Positions 13,256 through 22,633 are shown, counted from the first letter of the stretch. The stretch: DNA of 64,000 bases from an uncultured Holophagales bacterium (GCA_963842525.1 CAWJGT010000011.1:160001-224000); one strand, 5' to 3'. Program-made: numbers and translations. The notes: generated from the sequence alone by a model not told the origin.

Positions 13256-13935
13256 ATTTGAAGAAGCGACTCATCAGACCTGTCTGGCGCATCTGTTGCG
13301 CCGTTGCGAGGAGCTGCTGGAGAAGGCGACAGGGGGTGCGGTGCGCTTTCCTCGGGCGGTGAAAGAGATCCTGCAGGCCGCCTTGGAGGCGCGAGATCAG
13401 CGGGACGCGGGCAAGCTCAGCGGCGAGGCGCTGGAGAAGGTCAAGCAGGACTTGGAGCTTCCAGATGGAAAGGCGTCTGTCGGGGCAGTTCACGAACCCC
13501 GACAACCAGCGTCTGGCTCAGCATTTGATACGTCACCAGGAGCAGCTGTTTGTCTTCCTGGAACGCACGGATGTGGAGGCGACCAATTGGCCGGCCGAAC
13601 AAGGGATTCGCCCGGCGGTCATCAACCGCAAGACATCTGGGGGAAATCGGACGGCCGAGGGGTCCCAGGCGCAAGCGGTCTTGATGAGTGCCCTGCGCAC
13701 ATTTCAGCAACACCAAGTCGGGACACTCGAGATCTTGCCCCAGCTTCTGCGCAGCCCCCAGCTACCGAAGCTTGAGGCAATACTTCCTGCGTCACAGCCA
13801 CCGTAACAGTTCTCGCCACGAGTTATCCGTGGCTCCAGGTCGGTAGCCGCTCGCCCTCGTCAGGTCGCCTGGCCAGCGCGGACGTGTGTCCAGGGAAAAC
13901 CTTCCCCAAAAGTGCCGCTGACGGTAAACAGATAC
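13256..13935 (+). repeat. Direct duplicate of 12575-13254 (3' part of IS66)
   Basis: Identical apart from the indel at the GAGCTC site. Confidence 0.9.
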
Positions 13936-14048
13936 CCTCTACCTTAAAGATTCACCGGCACCCTGTTGCGCCGGCCTATCCTTCAAATCAGCCAGTCAGC
14001 TCTTCTGCTTCTCTCGGGCATGAGGGTGCCAAGTCTCAGGTGTACTAG

Positions 14049-14077
14049 ATCTTACGTCGTATACGTATCCACGTCAA
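14049..14077 (-). promoter_or_regulatory. Sigma70 promoter (Pc-like) facing array A
   Basis: TTGACG-17 nt-TAAGAT, homologous to 19077-19105. Confidence 0.7.
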
Positions 14078-14357
14078 GACCGCGAGGTCGCTGGATATGC
14101 ATTCTCACCAGGCAGGTACCTCGCAACTCGCAAAGGCGTCCTCCTGGATGAGCGAAGGAAGCTCCTCAGGTGGAGCTGACACTACGCAGTATTGATATTT
14201 GACTCACCAGTGGAAGACCTATACCCCGGCGAAGCATGCCCCACGCAGGTGCAACAAAGGATATGCGGGCCGGAATCGGGTATAAGGGCGTCCTAGGACT
14301 GGTGCGGGGCTGTCCCGCGGCAGGACCGACCGTTTGTGGCAAACGGACCCCGCGGCA

Positions 14358-14589
14358 GTAGAGACGCCCCAGTCCGCAACCACAAACCAATCGGCGTGCA
14401 CCGCCGTCGGGGCGTCTCCGCGGCACCAACCACCACCAGTGCCGACGATCGCCACCAGGGGCGGATGGATAGCCGGCGGGTTGTCAGGTGGCAAGACCAA
14501 CCGTTCGTGGTAAATGGGGCTGCTGTGGAGAGACGCCCCGACTGTTTGCGCCCGGTAAGGTCCGTGGTCACGGACTGGGGCGTCTCTAC
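14358..14589. repeat. GTAG-type REP doublet (GTAGAGACGCCCC...GGGGCGTCTCTAC), REPIN-like
   Basis: ~30-bp terminal inverted repeats plus an internal degenerate pair at about 14409 and 14526. Confidence 0.7.
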
Positions 14590-14631
14590 GGGACTCTACG
14601 GGACAACAACGACCACCACTGCCGGCGATTG

Positions 14632-14749
14632 GGCTTTCAGGCCGCGGGGGTTGATCGCCTCTCTGCCCTCCGTTGTCCCGGCCCGTTGGGCCGGGTGGAG
14701 AAGAAATTTGCGCGCGCCACACGAGGATTCTCGGATGTAGTAGATCAGG
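14632..14749 (+). repeat. Partial copy of the REP/BIME family targeted by the IS110 element
   Basis: CTTTCAGGCCGC...CCGGCCCGTTGGGCCGGGTGGAG...GTAGTAGATCAGG matches 25135-25205 and the reverse complement of 42843-42880. Confidence 0.7.
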
Positions 14750-15660
14750 CCGACCACTGGATGGCCGGCGGGCGCACCGAGGCGCAGACCGGCATTCCAT
14801 CGGGGGCGGTGAAGCTCGAGCTCTCCGACCAGCAAACCCGACTGGAGCGCCTTTGCGAGCACTTCGGACGGAACGGCATCGAGGCGAAGCTTCGCCCGGC
14901 GAAACATCGCCTGGGGACCTGCACCCTTACGTCCCGTCCACGTGAGATAGACGAAGCGTTCACCGGGAGGGCCGTTGACGGCCGGGCCGCGGAAGGCGGG
15001 CACGCCATTCTTTTCGCAGACCTCGATGTGCGTCTCCCATGTCGCCTCCCGCAGGTCCGCGGGGATGGTGTCCTGCGAATCGCACCCGACCTTTTGCGCC
15101 AGGGCCACACGAATGTCACGGTAGGGGCCGCAGGTGGTGCCCGGCAGGCGCCGGCCGAGGATCCGCAACACGACGCGCTGCCACGACGGCCCCAACCCGG
15201 CCACTCGCGGCGGACGCGGGCGCTCGGGAGGAAGCAAGGCATGGCGCGCGCGGCGTTCGCGCGCAGCGGGCGACTTCGCTGCGAGGATCTCTTCCCGCAG
15301 CATACGCTGCTGCGCGCGGGTGTGGGCCTCCCAGCGGGCGCGGGCCTCAGGCACGCTGTCGATCAGCGCCTGGAGCTGAGCGGGGAGCTCCGGGGATGCG
15401 ATCGAGATCGCGAGCGTAGCCCGCTCACCAGGCGCTTTGCCAACCGCCCCGAGCGTCTCTTTCCGGAGCTCGACGAACCAGCGATCGTCGTCCCACCGAT
15501 GAAGCGATCGGCGTCCGAGAGGGATGCCATCGAGGGTTCCCTCGACGGTCGTCGTTGCCGAGAGGCTCCAGGCAGCCACCGCCGACGCCGGCACGACGAC
15601 GAACGCCGCCATGTCGGGGTGTTTCCGCTCGATGAGGACTTCCAAGGTCACCGGGTCCAT
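14745..15660 (-). CDS. DUF1905/YdeI-like domain + DUF5990-like domain protein (frameshift near 14815)
   Basis: VEGTLDG...RWFVEL N-domain. FRGPAVNGPPGERFVYLTW...MFRRAKLRL...DGMPVCASVRPPAIQWS C-domain. Confidence 0.65.
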
Positions 15661-15816
15661 GAACACCTCGGGCTCATCCTATCGCCATGCAACACCTTCC
15701 GAACCCACATCGATTCGACGGAAGCGGGAGACAGGATCACCAGGAACCGGTGCCAGCTCACTGAGCCCTGGCTCCAGGGTTGACCGGATCCTGGAGAGAC
15801 TGTATATAAGATCTCT

Positions 15817-16092
15817 ATGAAGACTCTCACCATCACCGAGGCCAAGAAGAACCTGGGGCGCTGGCTGGCGGCTGCCGCCAGCGGTGATGACGTTGGCATC
15901 ATCTTGGGGGCTGACATCATCGCCCTCCGCAAAGTGGAAGTGGAATCTACAGACTTTGCGCAGCGTGAGTACGATGCGACTCCAGAGCAGGTCGCCGCCT
16001 TGCAGGAAGCCGTGGACAATCGCTATCGCCGGCTCAGGCGCTCAGGGAAGCTCTTGACGGTCACAGCGAACGAGCTGAGAGGACTTGTTTGA
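15817..16092 (+). CDS. Phd/YefM-like antitoxin
   Basis: MKTLTITEAKKNLGRWL N-terminus, overlapping the toxin start. Confidence 0.7.
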   Translation: MKTLTITEAKKNLGRWLAAAASGDDVGIILGADIIALRKVEVESTDFAQREYDATPEQVAALQEAVDNRYRRLRRSGKLLTVTANELRGLV

Positions 16093-16391
16093 AGAAGCTC
16101 CTCTCTCTCGATCCAAACGTACTGAAACGGCTAAAAAAGCTCGAAAAAAGGGACCGTGTCGAATGCTTGCTGGCCCTCGTTGAATTGGCGGACACTTTCG
16201 GTCAACCTCATAGCCACAGCGGGATTGGCATCCGCAAGCTCGGCGACCGTCTTTTCGAGTGTCGGGACAACTTGGCTTTGCGTTTCCTGTTTGAAAACCG
16301 ATCCGAAGACCTCTTCGTCTTTTTCTTGGGCAACCACACAGAAATCCAGAAACTTCTTCGCGCTGGCAGCTTGGGCTCAGGCCGCAAATGA
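16089..16391 (+). CDS. RelE/ParE-superfamily toxin
   Basis: GQPHSHSGIGIRKL..LFECR...LRFLF...LGNH pattern, ~100 aa, coupled to the antitoxin. Confidence 0.7.
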   Translation: MKKLLSLDPNVLKRLKKLEKRDRVECLLALVELADTFGQPHSHSGIGIRKLGDRLFECRDNLALRFLFENRSEDLFVFFLGNHTEIQKLLRAGSLGSGRK

Positions 16392-16486
16392 CTTCCGGCG
16401 ACGGTGCGGCAGAGTCCGGCAGGATTCTCCCCAAAGCGGATCTCCAGAAAATGCTGGCCGAATTGGCTCGCCCGTAGCCGCTGCCG

Positions 16487-17551
16487 TCAAAGATCCGTGG
16501 CGTCGGCGGCGGTCAGCTTTTCGTTGAGCAGATAATCATCGCTCAGGTATTTGAGGATCGCGCGGCCGATCTTGGGATCGAACCGTTCCTTGACCGGCCG
16601 GACCACCACCCCTTCGCGGATGTGCTGGTCGGGTAGGGTGGTCTGGCCGCGGCTCAGCTCGGCGATCCGTTCGAGCGAGAACGGTCCGCGCTCGAGAAGC
16701 GGAACGGTGGCGACGCCGTGGTGCTCGCAGAGCGCGGCGAAGTCGTCATAGTCGAGGAAGTGCTCGCCCACGAGGACGTCGAAGGCGGCGAAGCCGAGCC
16801 CGTCGCGCTTGCCGTAGTGCAGGCTTTGCACGCGGCTGCCGTAGATCTCGCCGTAGACGATCGCCACCGGATGCTGCTGCTTGAGCTCGTCGAGCAGGCT
16901 GCGTACCGGCTCCAGGGTGGAGGGGAACCAATAGGTATTTGTGCCGATCTCCTCGGGCGCCGGACGCTTGCGCTGCAGCCCGTGCGAGCCGGCGAGAAGC
17001 TCGCCCTCGACCCAGCCGATGCGGGCATTGGTGCCGTGGATCTTCTCGGTCACCGCGACCTCTTCACCGGGCGCGAGGACTTCGGGGAAGTTGCGCAGGT
17101 TCTCGATATCGGTGTACCGCTGGAAGAGCGGATGGTTGGGCTCGGAATCGCCGGCCGAGAACTTCACCGGCGGCCGGAACTTGCCGATCCCGTAGTGCTC
17201 GCGCACGTCGGTCCCCACCGGCCAGCTCGGATCGTCGGGCCGCACCACCAGCCCGAAGGAGGGCTCGCCGCGCAGGCGCACCTGGCGGACGACGAGGTCG
17301 CGCTGGCCCTCGACGTTGGTGCGCTCGGAGAGGTAGCTCACCACGCCGATGCGCTCGGCCATCTCCCGCGGCAGGGTGCTGTCCGGCGGGATGAAGACCA
17401 CCCGCTCGCCGGGCGCGAACTCGGGCGAGCCGTCCTCGCGCTTGCGGATCACCGCCTGCCAACCCTTGATGCGGGCGAGGAAGAGGCGGTCGGCATTGGG
17501 GTGGGGATGGACGGATTCGATTTCGACGACGTTGGCGATCACCGATGACAT
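16487..17551 (-). CDS. RNA ligase, DRB0094 family
   Basis: N-terminal HPNADRL OB-like domain, motif I TEKIHGTN, GEIYG, FDV, REGVV, ILK. Confidence 0.9.
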   Translation of the reverse strand: MSSVIANVVEIESVHPHPNADRLFLARIKGWQAVIRKREDGSPEFAPGERVVFIPPDSTLPREMAERIGVVSYLSERTNVEGQRDLVVRQVRLRGEPSFGLVVRPDDPSWPVGTDVREHYGIGKFRPPVKFSAGDSEPNHPLFQRYTDIENLRNFPEVLAPGEEVAVTEKIHGTNARIGWVEGELLAGSHGLQRKRPAPEEIGTNTYWFPSTLEPVRSLLDELKQQHPVAIVYGEIYGSRVQSLHYGKRDGLGFAAFDVLVGEHFLDYDDFAALCEHHGVATVPLLERGPFSLERIAELSRGQTTLPDQHIREGVVVRPVKERFDPKIGRAILKYLSDDYLLNEKLTAADATDL

Positions 17552-17699
17552 AGGATTACCTTTCGGGCTTACACTATCGCATCGACCGGCGATTGCACCA
17601 CTGGCGTCACCGGATCTCGATTCGGGGCGCTTACTCTGGTCGTAGAAGGTATCTCCTTACCCAGAAGGGGTGTACACTGATATTCGTAAGGAGGATCAC

Positions 17700-17969
17700 A
17701 TGTCGGCGAGCACTCTGACCTCGAAAGGACAAGTCACGATCCCAAAGGAAGTCCGCGAGCGCCTCGGCTTGAAGGAAGGCGACCGTCTGGTCTTCCGATT
17801 CGACGATCAGGGCAACCTTCTGGTTCGGCCGGAGGCCCGGAGTCCTCTCGGGAGACTGCCCGGCCTTCTTCACCATCTCGCTGGAGAACGGCCGGTCACA
17901 GTGGAAGAGATGAATGAGGCGGTCAAACGGCGAGCTGCTGAGCGGTTCAAGGAGGTCGCTCGGCGGTGA
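17700..17969 (+). CDS. AbrB/MazE/SpoVT-family antitoxin
   Basis: STLTSKGQVTIPKEVRERLGLKEGD. RBS GGAGG and a CCTTAC...GTAAGG operator-like IR lie upstream. Confidence 0.9.
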   Translation: MSASTLTSKGQVTIPKEVRERLGLKEGDRLVFRFDDQGNLLVRPEARSPLGRLPGLLHHLAGERPVTVEEMNEAVKRRAAERFKEVARR

Positions 17970-18035
17970 TCGCCCTCGATACGAACATTCTGATCCGCCT
18001 CCTTGTGAGGGACGACCCCAGTCAAACGGCTCACA
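17966..18035 (+). pseudogene. vapC: Truncated VapC PIN toxin
   Basis: MIALDTNILIRLLVRDDPSQ, then similarity is lost at a GTCATCCTGAGCGTAGCGAAGGATCT repeat (about 18075-18100). Confidence 0.75.
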
Positions 18036-18398
18036 GCGAACAAGATCGACCGGCAGGTACTCCGGGTCCGTCGTGTCATCCTGAGCGTAGCGAAGGATCT
18101 GGGCGGCGGGAAACGTCCCAGAATCCAAGCCGGAGCGGACTCGCGGCCTCCCTTTCAGACAGGGAGAGGCTCGCTCCTCGTGGAGCCCGCCGCGAAGTCG
18201 CCGTAGTCGGAATCGAGGCTGCGCGAGTGAACCTGTTGTCATCTACGGCCGAGCTGTGCCGCCAGGGACTGCACACGCCAAGTCGTTGACTGCCAAGCAG
18301 ATTCCACCGAGATCGAAGCTCTGCTCATGGACCCGGGACAACGTGCCACGGTCCATGGATCATGCGTCAGGGACCGCACTTCATGTGCCATGGACCGC

Positions 18399-18692
18399 AG
18401 TCAACGTGCCGTTTCCTTTAGTCAATGCTTGAGGCACCCGGGTCCGTGGCCCGTTTCCTACAGTCAATGCTTGAAGGCCCCGGGTCCGCGTGCCGTTTCC
18501 TTTAGTCCATGCTACAGGGCCCCGGGTCCGCGTGGCGTTTCCTGTAGTCAATGCTTCAAGGCCCCGGGTCCGCGCCCCGTTTCCTGTAGTCAATGCTTGA
18601 GGACCCCGGGTCCGCGTGCCGTTTCCTACAGTCAATGCTTGAAGGACCGCGGTCCGCGTGACCCTTTATCCAGTCCTCACCTGAGGGACCGC
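18399..18692. repeat. Tandem repeat, seven 42-bp units (2 x 21), with degenerate units back to about 18330
   Basis: Units start at 18399, 18441, 18483, 18525, 18567, 18609 and 18651. Consensus GGTCCGCGTGCCGTTTCCTNYAGTCAATGCTTGARGGCCCCG. Confidence 0.9.
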
Positions 18693-19076
18693 GGTCCATG
18701 AGGCCTGCCGCGCGGACGACGTCGCTCGAAGTGCACGCGACGTGACGACGGGCGGAGGCAGTGCCGCTCTTCGAGCGGCCGGCGTCTTATACAGCCCTGT
18801 CGCGAGGGACTTCAGACGAACCGCGCGAGCTCAAGGGCAAGACTTGAGCCGCGTCCTAAAATGCCTTCATACCCGATTCCGTGACGTAGATCGAGTCCCT
18901 GCACCGGCCACGGTCTGCCCTCTCTGACGCAGAAGAATTTTTGGTCTGCCTGAAACGCCAAGTGCCTATAGGGCCAAGTCCCACCTCGCGAGACGCCTTC
19001 GCTCGTCATCACGACGTAATTGCGACTCTCAAGGCACCAGCCCGGCCAGAATGCCTATTCACACAAGCCTATGGTC

Positions 19077-19105
19077 TTGACGCGGATACGGAAAAGATGT
19101 AAGGT
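19077..19105 (+). promoter_or_regulatory. Sigma70 promoter (Pc-like) facing array B
   Basis: TTGACG-17 nt-TAAGGT. Confidence 0.7.
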
Positions 19106-19199
19106 CAGCTAAATCAAGGAGGCTAAGAATCTTGCGCGCTCAAAACCCTTCGGCCGGCCATGGAGTCAACCGGCAGGTTGTGTCGCATACGCCAGCGCG

Positions 19200-19235
19200 C
19201 GGGGTGCCGTCGAATCTGTGAGGCAGAGGTTGGAC
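19200..19235 (+). other. attI-like site heading array B (core GTTGGAC at 19229-19235)
   Basis: GTTGGACGCC is complementary (1 mismatch) to GGCGGCCAAC at the end of the first cassette. The 29 nt upstream of the core match the array A site at 23 positions. Confidence 0.7.
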
Positions 19236-19250
19236 GCCGAAGGAACTAGG

Positions 19251-19907
19251 ATGCCGAGGCACTATATCTACAGAATTGACCACGACACGGGTTATGCTCC
19301 CCGCTTGGCAGGCAGGATCTGCTTCCTGTGTGGCTGCAAGAATACGACCGTGGAGCAATGGGCTGAGAAAGGGAGTTGGGTGATCGGTCTTGGTGGAAAC
19401 GGAACGGGAAAACCTGGCGCATTGATCTATGCAATGGAGGTCGACTCGACCCCTACGTTTGAGGAGTTTTCTCGGCAGTATCCAGCCGAAACAAGATACC
19501 TGCACAAATGGGGCACTACTCCAGAAGCTCCGGTGCTTCTATCACGCCATTTCTACTACTTTGGCCAGGATGCACCGAAGCTTCCGACAGCTCTCGGGCA
19601 TCTCGCCATCCGGAGCCAAGGTTGTAAGCGCGTGAAGGACGATGACATCTTGAAGCTTCAACGCTTCTTGGCTCGACACTACAGAGGACCTGGCCGGCCG
19701 AACAACCCTTTCAACTTTGATACGGGAGAAATTGACACCGACCCTTGCCTCATTGACTGTAGCCGTGATTCGGGTAGTTTAAAATCTGGTGGGGAAGGTC
19801 TGTTTACACTCCCCGGTGACAGAAAGAGCACTCGGCGGCCAACCCGGCGCGCGAGCTGGCAAGCCAAGGGGGAGGCGGCCAACCCGGCCGATCGAGCGGA
19901 CGGCTGA
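19251..19907 (+). CDS. Nucleotide-modification-associated domain 2 (Nmad2)-like protein (cassette gene)
   Basis: YIYRIDHDTGYAP...CFLCGCK...G.WVIGLGG...LIYAMEV...VLLSRHFYYFG motif order. Confidence 0.7.
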   Translation: MPRHYIYRIDHDTGYAPRLAGRICFLCGCKNTTVEQWAEKGSWVIGLGGNGTGKPGALIYAMEVDSTPTFEEFSRQYPAETRYLHKWGTTPEAPVLLSRHFYYFGQDAPKLPTALGHLAIRSQGCKRVKDDDILKLQRFLARHYRGPGRPNNPFNFDTGEIDTDPCLIDCSRDSGSLKSGGEGLFTLPGDRKSTRRPTRRASWQAKGEAANPADRADG

Positions 19908-19931
19908 GCCGCCGCTCATCGGCATCCTCGT
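19877..19931 (+). other. attC site interrupted in R' by the group II intron (completed by 21968-21972)
   Basis: GGCCAAC-ccgg-CCGAT(C)GAGCGG...CCGCTCATCGG-catcctc-GT|TGGGC. Rejoining gives a 60-bp attC with GTTGGGC. Confidence 0.85.
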
Positions 19932-21967
19932 GTGCGCCAAGACAAGCTTGGCGCTTCTTGCAGGGTGTAAGTCCCTGCCGGGTAAGGTCTAACCAACCAC
20001 CCGTACCGAGTGTTGCAGATCTGGCGGAGGAGAGTCGACGTCGACGAACCGAACAAGAGGTCTGGAGCGTACACAGGGAACCATGTAGGCCGTAAGGGAG
20101 ACCGCACCTCCCCCAGGTCTGGTACAGCCCCGAAAGCGCCGATTACAGATGCAGGCGGCGATCGTTTACGTTTGCGAGAAGCCCACGCGAAGGAATCGCT
20201 TTGGTGAGATTCTGGAAGCCTGCCGGGGTCATCAGGACATGGCATGCATGGAGAGGAGCGTCGAAGAACTTGGGAGACCCCATTGATTCCTGCACTCTTA
20301 GAGAGGCAATCTGCAAGGCGCGAGGCTGGCTAGGCACAGAAGGGGAAACCCGGACCCAGAGAGAATGCCTGGCGCCTAAACGGAGGATCGACGAGAGATG
20401 ACAGGTAGGCGACCTGAACCGAAAAGGCAAGGGAGACTGAAGATCATTGGGGAGTCGGATCAGCCCATAGTACTCCGAGAACGGGAGAGCCGTTCACATG
20501 GGGAAGGAGCTGACGGGAACCCGTAGCCCGCAAAGGAAACATGACCCAGATGCGACAGGCTGGACAACTCATGCCAACCTCCCTGCGGGGAATAGCGAAC
20601 AAGGCAAGCTCTGACAAGAACCACCGTTTCGGCAATCTCTTTGGTCTGCTGACCATGACGTTCCTTCTGTCCTGCTGGGAGCGAGTCAACAAGAAAGCTG
20701 CCAGCGGCGTGGATCGGGTTTCGGCCCGGGCTTACGCGAAGGATCTGGCGGGAAACGTAAGAGACCTTTGGGAGCGTGTGAAGCGGGGTAGTTACCGGGC
20801 GAAGCTGGTCCGGCGACGTCACATTCCGAAGGAAGGGAGTACAGCGACTCGGCCACTGGGGATCCCGGCGGTGGAGGACAAGCTGCTCCAGATCGCAGTC
20901 TCCCGCATTCTCAATGCCATCTACGAGCCGATCTTTCTGCCGTGCAGTTGGGCATACAGGCTCGGCCGTAATGCGCGGGAAGCAGTGCGGACGCTGAAAC
21001 AGGAGCTTCAGTTTGGTTGCTACGGTTACGTTGTGGAGATTGACATCAAGGGGTTCTTCGACCGGATCGACCATGAGAAGCTCATGGAGATGCTCGAGCT
21101 GAGAATCAACGATCGGCCGTTCCTGCGGCTGATCTGGAAATGGCTCAAGGCGGGAGTATTGGAAGAGGGTGGGAAGGTGATCCACCCGGACACGGGCTGT
21201 CCGCAAGGTAGTGGGATATCACCCGTGCTTGCCAATATCTACCTTCACTACGTTCTGGACCTTTGGTTCACGGAGGTGGTGAAGCCCCGGTGTAAAGCGC
21301 GGGCCTTCATGTGCCGGTTTGCGGACGATGTGGTGTTCGCCTTCCAGTGGCATGAGGAGGCCGAGCGGTTCTTCCGGGTCCTGCCGAAACGGCTGGCGAA
21401 GTACGGGTTGGAGCTTTCGGCGGAGAAGAGCCGGATGGTGCGGTTCAGCCGGTTCCAACTGGGCAAGAGCTCGGAGAGGTTCGACTTCCTCGGGTTCGAG
21501 TTCCGCTGGGTGAAGGACCACAAGGGAGTGGCCCGGGTGACGTGCCGGACATCGCGCAAGCGGCTTCGGGCGTCGTTGACCAGGGTGACCGAGTGGATCA
21601 AGGCCGAGCGGCACCTGCCGGTACGCCAGTTGGTGGGGGCGTTGAACGCGAGGCTTCGTGGGCACTATAATTACTACGGGGTGATCGGCAACTACGCAAG
21701 CCTATGCTCATACTTCAATCAAGCGAAACGGCTGCTGATGAAGTGGTTGGGGAGGCGGAGTCAAAAGAGCCGGATGAGCTGGGTGAAGTTCAGCGCCCTG
21801 CTGAAGCGATTTCCACTGGAGGAACCCTGGATCGCGGAGAGTCGGCATCGGCAGATGGTTCTTGTCTGAGTTGCTGAGTGCGGAAGCGAGGGTAACCGAA
21901 GAGCCCGGTGCGGAAAAACCGCACGCCGGGATCTGTGCGGGGGGCGCTTCGGCGTCCCTACCGCGAC
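19932..21967 (+). mobile_element. Group II intron (IIB/class E-like by IEP and D5 appearance)
   Basis: 5' GTGCG, D5 GAGCCCGGTGCGGAAAAACCGCACGCCGGGATC, D6 ending CCCTACCGCGAC. Removal restores GTTRRRY. Confidence 0.9.
20541..21869 (+). CDS. ltrA: Group II intron reverse transcriptase/maturase, no endonuclease domain
   Basis: RPLGIP, DIKGFFD, GCPQGSGISP, RFADD, FDFLGF and maturase X (LRGHYNYY). Alternative start at 20571. Confidence 0.95.
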   Translation: MTQMRQAGQLMPTSLRGIANKASSDKNHRFGNLFGLLTMTFLLSCWERVNKKAASGVDRVSARAYAKDLAGNVRDLWERVKRGSYRAKLVRRRHIPKEGSTATRPLGIPAVEDKLLQIAVSRILNAIYEPIFLPCSWAYRLGRNAREAVRTLKQELQFGCYGYVVEIDIKGFFDRIDHEKLMEMLELRINDRPFLRLIWKWLKAGVLEEGGKVIHPDTGCPQGSGISPVLANIYLHYVLDLWFTEVVKPRCKARAFMCRFADDVVFAFQWHEEAERFFRVLPKRLAKYGLELSAEKSRMVRFSRFQLGKSSERFDFLGFEFRWVKDHKGVARVTCRTSRKRLRASLTRVTEWIKAERHLPVRQLVGALNARLRGHYNYYGVIGNYASLCSYFNQAKRLLMKWLGRRSQKSRMSWVKFSALLKRFPLEEPWIAESRHRQMVLV

Positions 21968-22000
21968 TGGGCGACGAACAACTAAAGAGGGACAAGAAAC

Positions 22001-22633
22001 ATGGCTGCAGTGCCCATCTCTACTCGCTCATCGCCTGATGTCGTCGCCAGCCTCTCGGACGCGATCTTCGGCCCGATCCAGAAGGCCTACAGAGTGGGCG
22101 GGTTTGCATTGGCATTCCTTGGCGTCGGGGTCCTTATGATGCTGACCGTCTTCTTGTCCGACACGACTGACTGGCGTGGCAAGGTTCTTTTCGCAGTCGG
22201 GGTGCTTCTAGTTCTAGCAACCGGCGTGCTCTTTCTGCTCAGGGATGTGATGCCTCTTTTTCGAGTTCAGCAGCGCATCGCAGAAAACCGCGAATTCATT
22301 GACGCAGTGCAGAGAACCGCGATTGACTTAACGACCGTGCTCGACTCTGTACAGGAACTTGCTGTCGAGAACGCCGAGCGAGTCACGGAGGCATTCGATA
22401 AGCTGCGTCCTGTCGTGCGTGCTCTACCTGTTGTCGGTGCCGTGGCCGACAGCGGTCCAGTAGTTTCAACAGCTGCGACGGCGCGAAAGATCGTTGAGAT
22501 CGCGACCAAGAGCCGCAACGTTATTGCCAATGTCCGTGAAGCCCTTATTTCTAGCAACCCAGAGCCTCTTCGACAATATTCGGCGGAGCTTGAGCAGATC
22601 AGTGCTTGGTTCAGAGAAGCCGCGTCGCCCTGA
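22001..22633 (+). CDS. Hypothetical 2-TM + helical protein (cassette gene)
   Basis: Starts about 30 nt after the R' box and is followed by R'' TCGCCTAAC, complementary to GTTGGGCGA. Confidence 0.7.
   Translation: MAAVPISTRSSPDVVASLSDAIFGPIQKAYRVGGFALAFLGVGVLMMLTVFLSDTTDWRGKVLFAVGVLLVLATGVLFLLRDVMPLFRVQQRIAENREFIDAVQRTAIDLTTVLDSVQELAVENAERVTEAFDKLRPVVRALPVVGAVADSGPVVSTAATARKIVEIATKSRNVIANVREALISSNPEPLRQYSAELEQISAWFREAASP

Larger units (their letters stand above)
11597..13935 (+). mobile_element. IS66-family element (single ORF, ISBst12-like) with a tandem duplication of its last 680 bp
   Basis: 14-bp terminal IRs GTATCTGTTTACCG / CGGTAAACAGATAC at 11597, 13241 and 13922. 8-bp TSD CCTCTACC at 11589-11596 and 13936-13943. 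Confidence 0.92.

Noticed and set aside
18399-18692. CRISPR array
   Set aside because: Contiguous 42-bp units with no unique spacers, and no cas genes in the window.
13944-19200. Integron integrase between the two arrays
   Set aside because: No ORF with tyrosine-recombinase RHRY motifs, and the conserved module did not translate into a recognisable IntI N-terminus in the frames checked.
20541-21869. Retron, DGR or Abi-type reverse transcriptase
   Set aside because: The maturase X domain, D5/D6 RNA and precise GTGCG...AC boundaries identify a group II intron. No TR/VR pair or msr/msd was seen.
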